Shown in pieces: positions 16,270 through 30,266 of a stretch of 64,000 nt of DNA. The position numbers were made by a program, and so were the translations under genes. The notes beneath the pieces were generated by a model. The model was not told where the DNA came from, made no database searches, and saw nothing but the letters and a program-made list of their open reading frames with translations. The stretch lies in NCBI GenBank assembly GCA_964016885.1, contig OZ024742.1:241552001-241616000 (forward strand), in the 5' to 3' direction. Origin of the DNA: Eledone cirrhosa. Its lineage: Eukaryota. Every line of letters begins with the position of its first letter. Positions within the stretch are counted from its first letter, which is position 1.

Positions 16270-19200
16270 AACTCCAAGCCACCAACAGAAATGGAACTCC
16301 AAGCCACCAACAGAAATGGAACTCCAAGCCACCAACAGAAATGGAACTCCAAGCCACCAACAGAAATGGAACTCCAAACCACCAACAGAAATTGAACTCC
16401 AAGCCACCAACAGAAATGGAACTCCAAGCCATCAACATAAATGGAACTCCAAGCCACCAACAGAAATGGAACTCCAAGCCACCAACAGAAATGGAACTCC
16501 AAGCCACCAACAGAAATGGAACTCCAAGCCACCAACAGAAATGGAACTCCAAGCCACCAACAGAAATGGAACTCCAAGCCACCAACAGAAATGGAACTCC
16601 AAGCCACCAACAGAAATGGAACTCCAAGCCACCAACAACAATGGAACTCCAAGCCACCAACAGAAATGGAACTCCAAGCCACCAACAGAAATGGAACTCC
16701 AAGCCACCAACAGAAATGGAACTCCAAGCCACCAACAACAATGGAACTCCAAGCCACCAACAGAAATGGAACTCCAAGCCACCAACAGAAATGGAACTCC
16801 AAGCCACCAACAACAATGGAACTCCAAGCCACCAACAGAATTGGAACTCCAAGCCACCAACAGAAATGGAACTCCAAGCCACCAACAGAAATGGAACTCC
16901 AAGCAACCAACAACAATGGAACTCCAAGCCACCAACAGAAATGGAACTCCAAGCCACCAACAGAAATGGAACTCCAAGCCACCAACAACAATGGAACTCC
17001 AAGCCACCAACAGAAATGGAACTCCAAGCCACTAACAGAAATGGAACTCCAAGCCACCAACAGAAATGGAACTCCAAGCCACCAACAGAAATGGAACTCC
17101 AAGCCACCAACAGAAATGGAACTCCAAGCCACCAACAGAAATGGAACTCCAAGCCACCAACAGAAATGGAACTCCAAGCCACCAACAGAAATGGAACTCC
17201 AAGCCACTAACAGAAATGAAACTCCAAGCCACCAACAGAAATGGAACTCCAAGCCACCAACAGATATGTAACTCCAAGCCACTAACAGAAATGGAACTCC
17301 AAGCCACCAACAGAAATGGAAAAACAAGCCACCAACAGAAATGGAACTCCAAGCCATCAACAGAAATGGAACTCCAAGCCACCAACAGAAATGGAACTCC
17401 AAGCCACCAACAGAAATGGAACTCCAAGCCACCAACAGAAATGGAACAACAAGCCACCAACAGAAATGGAAGTCCAAGCCACCAACAGAAATGGAACTCC
17501 AAGCCACCAACAGAAATGGAACTCCAAGCCACCAACAGAAATGGAACTCCAAGCCACCAACAGAAATGGAACTCCAAGCCACCAACTGAAATGGAACAAC
17601 AAGCCACCAACAGAAATGGAACTCCAAGCCACCAACAGAAATGGAACTCCAAGCCACCAACATAAATGGAACTCCAAGCCACCAACAGAAATGGGACAAC
17701 AAGCCACCAACAGAAATGGAACTCCAAGCCACCAACAGAAATGGAACTCCAAGCCAACAACAGAAATGGAACTCCAAGCCACCAACAGAAATGGAACTCC
17801 AAGCCACCAACAGAAATGGAACTCCAAGCCACCAACAGAAATGGAACTCCAAGCCACCAACAGAAATGGAACTCCAAACCACCAACAGAAATTGAACTCC
17901 AAGCCACCAACAGAAATGGAACTCCAAGCCATCAACATAAATGGAACTCCAAGCCACCAACAGAAATGGAACTCCAAGCCACCAACAGAAATGGAACTCC
18001 AAGCCACCAACAGAAATGGAACTCCAAGCCACCAACAGAAATGGAACTCCAAGCCACCAACAGAAATGGAACTCCAAGCCACCAACAGAAATGGAACTCC
18101 AAGCCACCAACAGAAATGGAACTCCAAGCCACCAACAACAATGGAACTCCAAGCCACCAACAGAAATGGAACTCCAAGCCACCAACAGAAATGGAACTCC
18201 AAGCCACCAACAGAAATGGAACTCCAAGCCACCAACAACAATGGAACTCCAAGCCACCAACAGAAATGGAACTCCAAGCCACCAACAGAAATGGAACTCC
18301 AAGCCACCAACAACAATGGAACTCCAAGCCACCAACAGAATTGGAACTCCAAGCCACCAACAGAAATGGAACTCCAAGCCACCAACAGAAATGGAACTCC
18401 AAGCAACCAACAACAATGGAACTCCAAGCCACCAACAGAAATGGAACACCAAGCCACCAACAGAAATGGAACTCCAAGCCACCAACAACAATGGAACTCC
18501 AAGCCACCAACAGAAATGGAACTCCAAGCCACTAACAGAAATGGAACTCCAAGCCACCAACAGAAATGGAACTCCAAGCCACCAACAGAAATGGAACTAC
18601 AAGCCATGAACTGAAACGGAACTCCAAGCCACCAACAGAAATGGAACTCCAAGCCACCAACAGAAATGGAACTCCAAGCCACCAACAGAAATGGAACTCC
18701 AAGCCACCAACAGAAATGGAACTCCAAGCCACCAACAGAAATGGAACTCCAAGCCACTAACAGAAATGAAACTCCAAGCCACCAACAGAAATGGAACTCC
18801 AAGCCACCAACAGATATGTAACTCCAAGCCACTAACAGAAATGGAACTCCAAGCCACCAACAGAAATGGAAAAACAAACCACCAACAGAAATGGAACTCC
18901 AAGCCATCAACAGAAATGGAACTCCAAGCCACCAACAGAAATGGAACTCCAAGCCACCTAACAGAAATGGAACTCCAAGCCACCAACAGAAATGGAACAA
19001 CAAGCCACCAACAGAAATGGAAGTCCAAGCCACCAACAGAAATGGAACTCCAAGCCACCAACAGAAATGGAACTCCAAGCCACCAACAGAAATGGAACTC
19101 CAAGCCACCAACAGAAATGGAACTCCAAGCCACCAACTGAAATGGAACAACAAGCCACCAACAGAAATGGAACTCCAAGCCACCAACAGAAATGGAACTC

Positions 19201-19500
19201 CAAGCCACCAACATAAATGGAACTCCAAGCCACCAACAGAAATGGGACAACAAGCCACCAACAGAAATGGAACTCCAAGCCACCAACAGAAATGGAACTC
19301 CAAGCCAACAACAGAAATGGAACTCCAAGCCACCAACAGAAATGGAACTCCAAGCCACCAACAGAAATGGAACTCCAAGCCACCAACAGAAATGGAACAA
19401 CAAGCCACCAACAGAAATGGAACTCCAAGCCACCAACAGAAATGGAACTCCAAGCCACCAACAGAAATGGAACTCCAAGCCACCAACAGAAATGGAACTC
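16270..19500 (+). repeat. Higher-order duplication, period about 1500-1550 bp, marked by CAACAACAATGG variant monomers
   Basis: Offsets of 1500 (16441/17941, 16432/17932), then 1551 (17641/19192) after a +1 insertion near 18959. Confidence 0.85.
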
Positions 19501-20399
19501 TAAGCCACCAACTGAAATGTAACTCCAAGCCACCAACAGAAATGGAACAACAAGCCACCAACAGAAATAGAACTCCAAGCCACTAACAGAAATGGAACGC
19601 CAAGCCACCAACAGAAATGGAACTTCAAGCCACCAACAGAAATGGAACAACAAGCCACCAACAGAAATGGAACTCCAGGCCACCAACAGAAATGGAACAC
19701 TAAGCCACTAACAGAAATGGAACTCCAAGCCACCAACAGAAATGGAACTCCAAGCCATCAACAAAAATGGAACTCCAAGCCACCAACAGAAATGGAACTC
19801 CAAGCCACCAACAGAAATGGAACAACAAGCCACCAACAGAAATGGAAATCCAAGCCACCAACAGAAATGGAACTCCAAGCCACCAACAGAAATGGAACTC
19901 CAAGCCACCAACAGAAATGGAACTCCAAGCCACCAACAGAAATGGAACTCCAAGCCACCAACAGAAATGGAACAACAAGCCACCAACAGAAATGGAAATC
20001 CAAGCCACCAACAGAAATGGAACTCCAAGCCACCAACAGAAATAGAACTCCAATCTACCAACAGAAATGGAACTCCAAGCCACCAACAGAAATGGAACTC
20101 CAAGCCACCAACAGAAATAGAACTCCAATCTACCAACAGAAATGGAACTCCAAGCCACCAACAGAAATGGAACTCCAAGCCACTAACAGAAATGGAACTC
20201 CAAGCCACCAACAGAAATGGAACTCCAAGCCACCAACAGAAATGGAACTCCAAGCCACCAGCAGAAATGGAACTCCAAGCCACCAACAGAAATGGAACTC
20301 CAAGCCACCAACATAAATGGAACTCCAAGCCACCAACATAAATGGAACTCCAAGCCACCAACAGAAATGGAACTCCAAGCCACTAACAGAAATGGAACT

Positions 20400-23300
20400 C
20401 CAAACCACCAACAGAAATGGAACTTCAAGCCACCAACAGAAATGGAACAACAAGCCACCAACAGAAATGGAACTCCAAGCCACCAACAGAAATGGAACTC
20501 CAAGCCACTAACAGAAATGGAACTCCAAGCCACCAACAGAAATGGAACTCCAAGCCATCAACAGAAATGGAACTCCAAGCCACCAACAGAAATGGAACTC
20601 CAAGCCACCAACAGAAATGGAACAACAAGCCACCAACAGAAATGGAAATCCAAGCCACCAACAGAAATGGAACTCCAAGCCACCAACAGAAATAGAACTC
20701 CAATCTACCAACAGAAATGGAACACCAAGCCACCAACAGAAATGGAACTCCAAGCCACCAACAGAAATAGAACTCCAATCTACCAACAGAAATGGAACTC
20801 CAAGCCACCAACAGAAATGGAACTCCAAGCCACTAATAGAAATGGAACTCCAAGCCACCAACAGAAATGGAACTCCAAGCCACCAACAGAAATGGAACTC
20901 CAAGCCACCAACAGAAATGGAACTCCAAGCCACCAGCAGAAATGGAACTCCAAGCCACCAACAGAAATGGAACTCCAAGCCACCAACATAAATGGAACTC
21001 CAAGCCACCAACATAAATGGAACTCCAAGCCAGCAACAGAAATGGAACTCCAAGCCACTAACAGAAATGGAACTCCAAACCACCAACAGAAATGGAACAA
21101 CAAGCCACCAACAGAAATGGAACTCCAAGCCACCAACAGAAATGGAACTCCAAGCCACTAACAGAAATGGAACTCCAAGCCACCAACAGAAATGGAACTC
21201 CAAGCCATCAACAGAAATGGAACTCCAAGCCACCAACAGAAATGGAACTCCAAGCCACCAACAGAAATGGAACAACAAGCCACCAACAGAAATGGAAATC
21301 CAAGCCACCAACAGAAATGGAACTCCAAGCCACCAACAGAAATAGAACTCCAATCTACCAACAGAAATGGAACACCAAGCCACCAACAGAAATGGAACTC
21401 CAAGCCACCAACAGAAATAGAACTCCAATCTACCAACAGAAATGGAGCTCCAAGCCACCAACAGAAATGGAACTCCAAGCCACTAATAGAAATGGAACTC
21501 CAAGCCACCAACAGAAATGGAACTCCAAGCCACCAACAGAAATGGAACTCCAAGCCACCAACAGAAATGGAACTCCAAGCCACCAACAGAAATGGAACTC
21601 CAAGCCACCAACATAAATGGAACTCCAAGCCACCAACATAAATGGAACTCCAAGCCACCAACAGAAATGGAACTCCAAGCCACCAACAGAAATGGAACTC
21701 CAAGCCACTAACAGAAATGGAACGCCAAGCCACCAACAGAAATGGAACTCCAAGCCACTAACAGAAATGGAACTCCAAACCACCAACAGAAATGGAACTC
21801 CAAGCCACCAACAGAAATGGAACTCCAAGCCACCAACAGAAATGGAACAACAAGCCACCAACAGAAATGGAACTCCAAGCCACCAACAGAAATGGAACTC
21901 CAAGCCACCAACAGAAATGGAACTCCAAGCCACCAACAGAAATGGGACAACAAGCCACCAACAGAAATGGAACTCCAAGCCACCAACAGAAATGGAACTC
22001 CAAGCCACCAACAGAAATAGAACACCAATCTACCAACAGAAATGGAACTCTAAGCCACCAACAGAAATGGAACTCCAAGCCACTAACAGAAATGGAACTC
22101 CAAGCCACCAACAGAAATGGAACTCCAAGCCACCAACAGAAATGGAACTCCAAGCCACCAACAGAAATGGAACTCCAAGCCACCAACAGAAATGGAACTC
22201 CAAGCCAGCAGCATAAATGGAACTCCAAGCCACCAACAGAAATGGAACTCCAAGCCACCAACAGAAATGGAACTCCAAGCCACCAAAAGAAATGGAACTC
22301 CAAGCCACTAACAGAAATGGAACGCCAAGCCACCAACAGAAATGGAACTCCAAGCCACTAACAGAAATGGAACTCCAAACCACCAACAGAAATGGAACTT
22401 CAAGCCACCAACAGAAATGGAACAACAAGCCACCAACAGAAATGGAACTCCAAGCCACCAACAGAAATGGAACTCCAAGCCACTAACAGAAATGGAACTC
22501 CAAGCCACCAACAGAAATGGAACTCCAAGCCATCAACAGAAATGGAACTCCAAGCCACCAACAGAAATGGAACTCCAAGCCACCAACAGATATGGAACAA
22601 CAAGCCACCAACAGAAATGGAAATCCAAGCCACCAACAGAAATGGAACTCCAAGCCACCAACAGAAATAGAACTCCAATCTACCAACAGAAATGGAACAC
22701 CAAGCCACCAACAGAAATGGAACTCCAAGCCACCAACAGAAATAGAACTCCAATCTACCAACAGAAATGGAACTCCAAGCCACCAACAGAAATGGAACTC
22801 CAAGCCACTAACAGAAATGGAACTCCAAGCCACCAACAGAAATGGACCTCCAAGCCACCAACAGAAATGGAACTCCAAGCCACTAACAGAAATGGAACGC
22901 CAAGCCACCAACAGAAATGGAACTCCAAGCCACTAACAGAAATGGAACTCCAAACCACCAACAGAAATGGAACTCCAAGCCACCAACAGAAATGGAACTC
23001 CAAGCCACCAACAGAAATGGAACAACAAGCCACCAACAGAAATGGAACTCCAAGCCACCAACAGAAATGGAACTCCAAGCCACCAACAGAAATGGAACTC
23101 CAAGCCACCAACAGAAATGGGACAACAAGCCACCAACAGAAATGGAACTCCAAGCCACCAACAGAAATGGAACTCCAAGCCAACAACAGAAATGGAACTC
23201 CAAGCCACCAACAGAAATGGAACTCCAAGCCACCAACAGAAATGGAACTCCAAGCCACCAACAGAAATGGAAATCCAAGCCACCAACAGAAATGGAACTC

Positions 23301-26300
23301 CAAGCCACCAACAGAAATAGAACTCCAATCTACCAACAGAAATGGAACACCAAGCCACCAACAGAAATGGAACTCCAAGCCACCAACAGAAATAGAACTC
23401 CAATCTACCAACAGAAATGGAACTCCAAGCAACCAACAGAAATGGAACTCCAAGCCACTAATAGAAATGGAACTCCAAGCCACCAACAGAAATGGAACTC
23501 CAAGCCACCAACAGAAATGGAACTCCAAGCCACCAACAGAAATGGAACTCCAAGCCACCAACAGAAATGGAACTCCAAGCCACCAACATAAATGGAACTC
23601 CAAGCCACCAACATAAATGGAACTCCAAGCCACCAACAGAAATGGAACTCCAAGCCACCAACAGAAATGGAACTCCAAGCCACTAACAGAAATGGAACGC
23701 CAAGCCACCAACAGAAATGGAACTCCAAGCCACTAACAGAAATGGAACTCCAAACCACCAACAGAAATGGAACTCCAAGCCACCAACAGAAATGGAACTC
23801 CAAGCCACCAACAGAAATGGAACAACAAGCCACCAACAGAAATGGAACTCCAAGCCACCAACAGAAATGGAACTCCAAGCCACCAACAGAAATGGAACTC
23901 CAAGCCACCAACAGAAATGGGACAACAAGCCACCAACAGAAATGGAACTCCAAGCCACCAACAGAAATGGAACAACAAGCCACCAACAGAAATGGAACTC
24001 CAAGCCACCAACAGAAATGGAACTCCAAGCCACCAACAGAAATAGAACTCCAATCTACCAACAGAAATGGAACACCAAGCCACCAACAGAAATGGAACTC
24101 CAAGCCACCAACAGAAATAGAACTCCAATCTACCAACAGAAATGGAACTCCAAGCCACCAACAGAAATGGAACTCCAAGCCACTAATAGAAATGGAACTC
24201 CAAGCCACCAACAGAAATGGAACTCCAAGCCACCAACAGAAATGGAACTCCAAGCCACCAACAGAAATGGAACTCCAAGCCACCAACAGAAATGGAACTC
24301 CAAGCCACCAACATAAATGGAACTCCAAGCCACCAACATAAATGGAACTCCAAGCCAGCAACAGAAATGGAACTCCAAGCCACTAACAGAAATGGAACTC
24401 CAAACCACCAACAGAAATGGAACAACAAGCCACCAACAGAAATGGAACTCCAAGCCACCAACAGAAATGGAACTCCAAGCCACTAACAGAAATGGAACTC
24501 CAAGCCACCAACAGAAATGGAACTCCAAGCCATCAACAGAAATGGAACTCCAAGCCACCAACAGAAATGGAACTCCAAGCCACCAACAGAAATGGAACAA
24601 CAAGCCACCAACAGAAATGGAAATCCAAGCCACCAACAGAAATGGAACTCCAAGCCACCAACAGAAATAGAACTCCAATCTACCAACAGAAATGGAACAC
24701 CAAGCCACCAACAGAAATGGAACTCCAAGCCACCAACAGAAATAGAACTCCAATCTACCAACAGAAATGGAGCTCCAAGCCACCAACAGAAATGGAACTC
24801 CAAGCCACTAATAGAAATGGAACTCCAAGCCACCAACAGAAATGGAACTCCAAGCCACCAACAGAAATGGAACTCCAAGCCACCAACAGAAATGGAACTC
24901 CAAGCCACCAACAGAAATGGAACTCCAAGCCACCAACATAAATGGAACTCCAAGCCACCAACATAAATGGAACTCCAAGCCACCAACAGAAATGGAACTC
25001 CAAGCCACCAACAGAAATGGAACTCCAAGCCACTAACAGAAATGGAACGCCAAGCCACCAACAGAAATGGAACTCCAAGCCACTAACAGAAATGGAACTC
25101 CAAACCACCAACAGAAATGGAACTCCAAGCCACCAACAGAAATGGAACTCCAAGCCACCAACAGAAATGGAACAACAAGCCACCAACAGAAATGGAACTC
25201 CAAGCCACCAACAGAAATGGAACTCCAAGCCACCAACAGAAATGGAACTCCAAGCCACCAACAGAAATGGGACAACAAGCCACCAACAGAAATGGAACTC
25301 CAAGCCACCAACAGAAATGGAACTCCAAGCCACCAACAGAAATAGAACACCAATCTACCAACAGAAATGGAACTCTAAGCCACCAACAGAAATGGAACTC
25401 CAAGCCACTAACAGAAATGGAACTCCAAGCCACCAACAGAAATGGAACTCCAAGCCACCAACAGAAATGGAACTCCAAGCCACCAACAGAAATGGAACTC
25501 CAAGCCACCAACAGAAATGGAACTCCAAGCCAGCAGCATAAATGGAACTCCAAGCCACCAACAGAAATGGAACTCCAAGCCACCAACAGAAATGGAACTC
25601 CAAGCCACCAAAAGAAATGGAACTCCAAGCCACTAACAGAAATGGAACGCCAAGCCACCAACAGAAATGGAACTCCAAGCCACTAACAGAAATGGAACTC
25701 CAAACCACCAACAGAAATGGAACTTCAAGCCACCAACAGAAATGGAACAACAAGCCACCAACAGAAATGGAACTCCAAGCCACCAACAGAAATGGAACTC
25801 CAAGCCACTAACAGAAATGGAACTCCAAGCCACCAACAGAAATGGAACTCCAAGCCATCAACAGAAATGGAACTCCAAGCCACCAACAGAAATGGAACTC
25901 CAAGCCACCAACAGATATGGAACAACAAGCCACCAACAGAAATGGAAATCCAAGCCACCAACAGAAATGGAACTCCAAGCCACCAACAGAAATAGAACTC
26001 CAATCTACCAACAGAAATGGAACACCAAGCCACCAACAGAAATGGAACTCCAAGCCACCAACAGAAATAGAACTCCAATCTACCAACAGAAATGGAACTC
26101 CAAGCCACCAACAGAAATGGAACTCCAAGCCACTAACAGAAATGGAACTCCAAGCCACCAACAGAAATGGAACTCCAAGCCACCAACAGAAATGGAACTC
26201 CAAGCCACTAACAGAAATGGAACGCCAAGCCACCAACAGAAATGGAACTCCAAGCCACTAACAGAAATGGAACTCCAAACCACCAACAGAAATGGAACTC

Positions 26301-29300
26301 CAAGCCACCAACAGAAATGGAAATCCAAGCCACCAACAGAAATGGAACAACAAGCCACCAACAGAAATGGAACTCCAAGCCACCAACAGAAATGGAACTC
26401 CAAGCCACCAACAGAAATGGAACTCCAAGCCACCAACAGAAATGGGACAACAAGCCACCAACAGAAATGGAACTCCAAGCCACCAACAGAAATGGAACTC
26501 CAAGCCAACAACAGAAATGGAACTCCAAGCCACCAACAGAAATGGAACTCCAAGCCACCAACAGAAATGGAACTCCAAGCCACCAACAGAAATGGAACTC
26601 CAAGCCACCAACAGAAATGGAACTCCAAGCCACCAACAGAAATGGAACAACAAGCCACCAACAGAAATGGAAATCCAAGCCACCAACAGAAATGGAACTC
26701 CAAGCCACCAACAGAAATAGAACTCCAATCTACCAACAGAAATGGAACACCAAGCCACCAACAGAAATGGAACTCCAAGCCACCAACAGAAATAGAACTC
26801 CAATCTACCAACAGAAATGGAACTCCAAGCAACCAACAGAAATGGAACTCCAAGCCACTAATAGAAATGGAACTCCAAGCCACCAACAGAAATGGAACTC
26901 CAAGCCACCAACAGAAATGGAACTCCAAGCCACCAACAGAAATGGAACTCCAAGCCACCAACAGAAATGGAACTCCAAGCCACCAACATAAATGGAACTC
27001 CAAGCCACCAACATAAATGGAACTCCAAGCCACCAACAGAAATGGAACTCCAAGCCACCAACAGAAATGGAACTCCAAGCCACTAACAGAAATGGAACGC
27101 CAAGCCACCAACAGAAATGGAACTCCAAGCCACTAACAGAAATGGAACTCCAAACCACCAACAGAAATGGAACTCCAAGCCACCAACAGAAATGGAACTC
27201 CAAGCCACCAACAGAAATGGAACAACAAGCCACCAACAGAAATGGAACTCCAAGCCACCAACAGAAATGGAACTCCAAGCCACCAACAGAAATGGAACTC
27301 CAAGCCACCAACAGAAATGGGACAACAAGCCACCAACAGAAATGGAACTCCAAGCCACCAACAGAAATGGAACAACAAGCCACCAACAGAAATGGAACTC
27401 CAAGCCACCAACAGAAATGGAACTCCAAGCCACCAACAGAAATGGAACTCCAAGCCACCAACAGAAATGGGACAACAAGCCACCAACAGAAATGGAACTC
27501 CAAGCCACCAACAGAAATGGAACTCCAAGCCACCAACAGAAATAGAACTCCAATCTACCAACAGAAATGGAACTCTAAGCCACCAACAGAAATGGAACTC
27601 CAAGCCACTAACAGAAATGGAACTCCAAGCCACCAACAGAAATGGAACTCCAAGCCACCAACAGAAATGGAACTCCAAGCCACCAACAGAAATGGAACTC
27701 CAAGCCACCAACAGAAATGGAACTCCAAGCCACCAGCATAAATGGAACTCCAAGCCACCAACAGAAATGGAACTCCAAGCCACCAACAGAAATGGAACTC
27801 CAAGCCACCAACAGAAATGGAACTCCAAGCCACTAACAGAAATGGAACGCCAAGCCACCAACAGAAATGGAACTCCAAGCCACTAACAGAAATGGAACTC
27901 CAAACCACCAACAGAAATGGAACTTCAAGCCACCAACAGAAATGGAACAACAAGCCACCAACAGAAATGGAACTCCAAGCCACCAACAGAAATGGAACTC
28001 CAAGCCACTAACAGAAATGGAACTCCAAGCCACCAACAGAAATGGAACTCCAAGCCATCAACAGAAATGGAACTCCAAGCCACCAACAGAAATGGAACTC
28101 CAAGCCACCAACAGATATGGAACAACAAGCCACCAACAGAAATGGAAATCCAAGCCACCAACAGAAATGGAACTCCAAGCCACCAACAGAAATAGAACTC
28201 CAATCTACCAACAGAAATGGAACACCAAGCCACCAACAGAAATGGAACTCCAAGCCACCAACAGAAATAGAACTCCAATCTACCAACAGAAATGGAACTC
28301 CAAGCCACCAACAGAAATGGAACTCCAAGCCACTAACAGAAATGGAACTCCAAGCCACCAACAGAAATGGAACTCCAAGCCACCAACAGAAATGGAACTC
28401 CAAGCCACTAACAGAAATGGAACGCCAAGCCACCAACAGAAATGGAACTCCAAGCCACTAACAGAAATGGAACTCCAAACCACCAACAGAAATGGAACTC
28501 CAAGCCACCAACAGAAATGGAACTCCAAGCCACCAACAGAAATGGAACAACAAGCCACCAACAGAAATGGAACTCCAAGCCACCAACAGAAATGGAACTC
28601 CAAGCCACCAACAGAAATGGAACTCCAAGCCACCAACAGAAATGGGACAACAAGCCACCAACAGAAATGGAACTCCAAGCCACCAACAGAAATGGAACTC
28701 CAAGCCAACAACAGAAATGGAACTCCAAGCCACCAACAGAAATGGAACTCCAAGCCACCAACAGAAATGGAACTCCAAGCCACCAACAGAAATGGAACAA
28801 CAAGCCACCAACAGAAATGGAACTCCAAGCCACCAACAGAAATGGAACTCCAAGCCACCAACAGAAATGGAACTTCAAGCCACCAACAGAAATGGAACAA
28901 CAAGCCACCAACAGAAATGGAACTCCAAGCCACCAACAGATATGTAACTCCAAGCCATCAACAGAAATGTAACTCCAAGCCACCAACAGAAATGGAACTC
29001 CAAGCCACCAACAGAAATGGAACTCCAAGCCACCAACTGAAATGGAACAACAAGCCACCAACAGAAATGGAACTCCAAGCCACCAACAGAAATGGAACTC
29101 CAAGCCACTAACAGATATGGAACTCCAAGCCACCAACAGAAATGGAACTCCAAGCCACCAACAGAAATGGAACTCCAAGCCACCAACAGAAATGGAATTC
29201 CAAGCCACCAACAGAAATGGAACAACAAGCCACCAACAGAAATGGAAATCCAAGCCACCAACAGAAATGGAACTCCAAGCCACCAACAGAAATAGAACTC

Positions 29301-30100
29301 CAATCTACCAACAGAAATGGAACTCCAAGCCACCAACAGAAATGGAACTCCAAGCCACCAACAGAAATAGAACTCCAATCTACCAACAGAAATGGAACTC
29401 CAAGCCACCAACAGAAATGGAACTCCAAGCCACTAACAGAAATGGAACTCCAAGCCACCAACAGAAATGGAACTCCAAGCCACCAACAGAAATGGAACTC
29501 CAAGCCACCAACAGAAATGGAACTCCAAGCCACCAACAGAAATGGAACTCCAAGCCACCAACATAAATGGAACTCCAAGCCACCAACAGAAATGGAACTC
29601 CAAGCCACCAACAGAAATGGAACTCCAAGCCACCAACAGAAATGGAACTCCAAGCCACTAACAGAAATGGAACGCCAAGCCACCAACAGAAATGGAACTC
29701 CAAGCCACTAACAGAAATGGAACTCCAAACCACCAACAGAAATGGAACTTCAAGCCACCAACAGAAATGGAACAACAAGCCACCAACAGAAATGGAACTC
29801 CAAGCCACCAACAGAAATGGAACTCCAAGCCACTAACAGAAATGGAACTCCAAGCCACCAACAGAAATGGAACTCCAAGCCATCAACAGAAATGGAACTC
29901 CAAGCCACCAACAGAAATGGAACTCCAAGCCACCAACAGAAATGGAACAACAAGCCACCAACAGAAATGGAAATCCAAGCCACCAACAGAAATGGAACTC
30001 CAAGCCACCAACAGAAATAGAACTCCAATCTACCAACAGAAATGGAACACCAAGCCACCAACAGAAATGGAACTCCAAGCCACCAACAGAAATAGAACTC
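20400..30100 (+). repeat. Higher-order domain with periods 650, 3325 and 2200 bp
   Basis: ORF offsets 20542/21192 (650), 20992/24317 and 22342/25667 (3325), 25667/27867 (2200). Shared rare variants GGAGCTCC, CCAGCAGCATAA and CCAAAAGAAA. Confidence 0.85.
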
Positions 30101-30266
30101 CAAGCCACTAACAGAAATGGAACTCCAAGCCACCAACAGAAATGGAACTCCAAGCCACCAACAGAAATGGAACTCCAAGCCACCAACAGAAATGGAACTC
30201 CAAGCCACCAACAGAAATGGAACTCCAAGCCACTAACAGAAATGGAACTCCAAGCCACCAACAGAA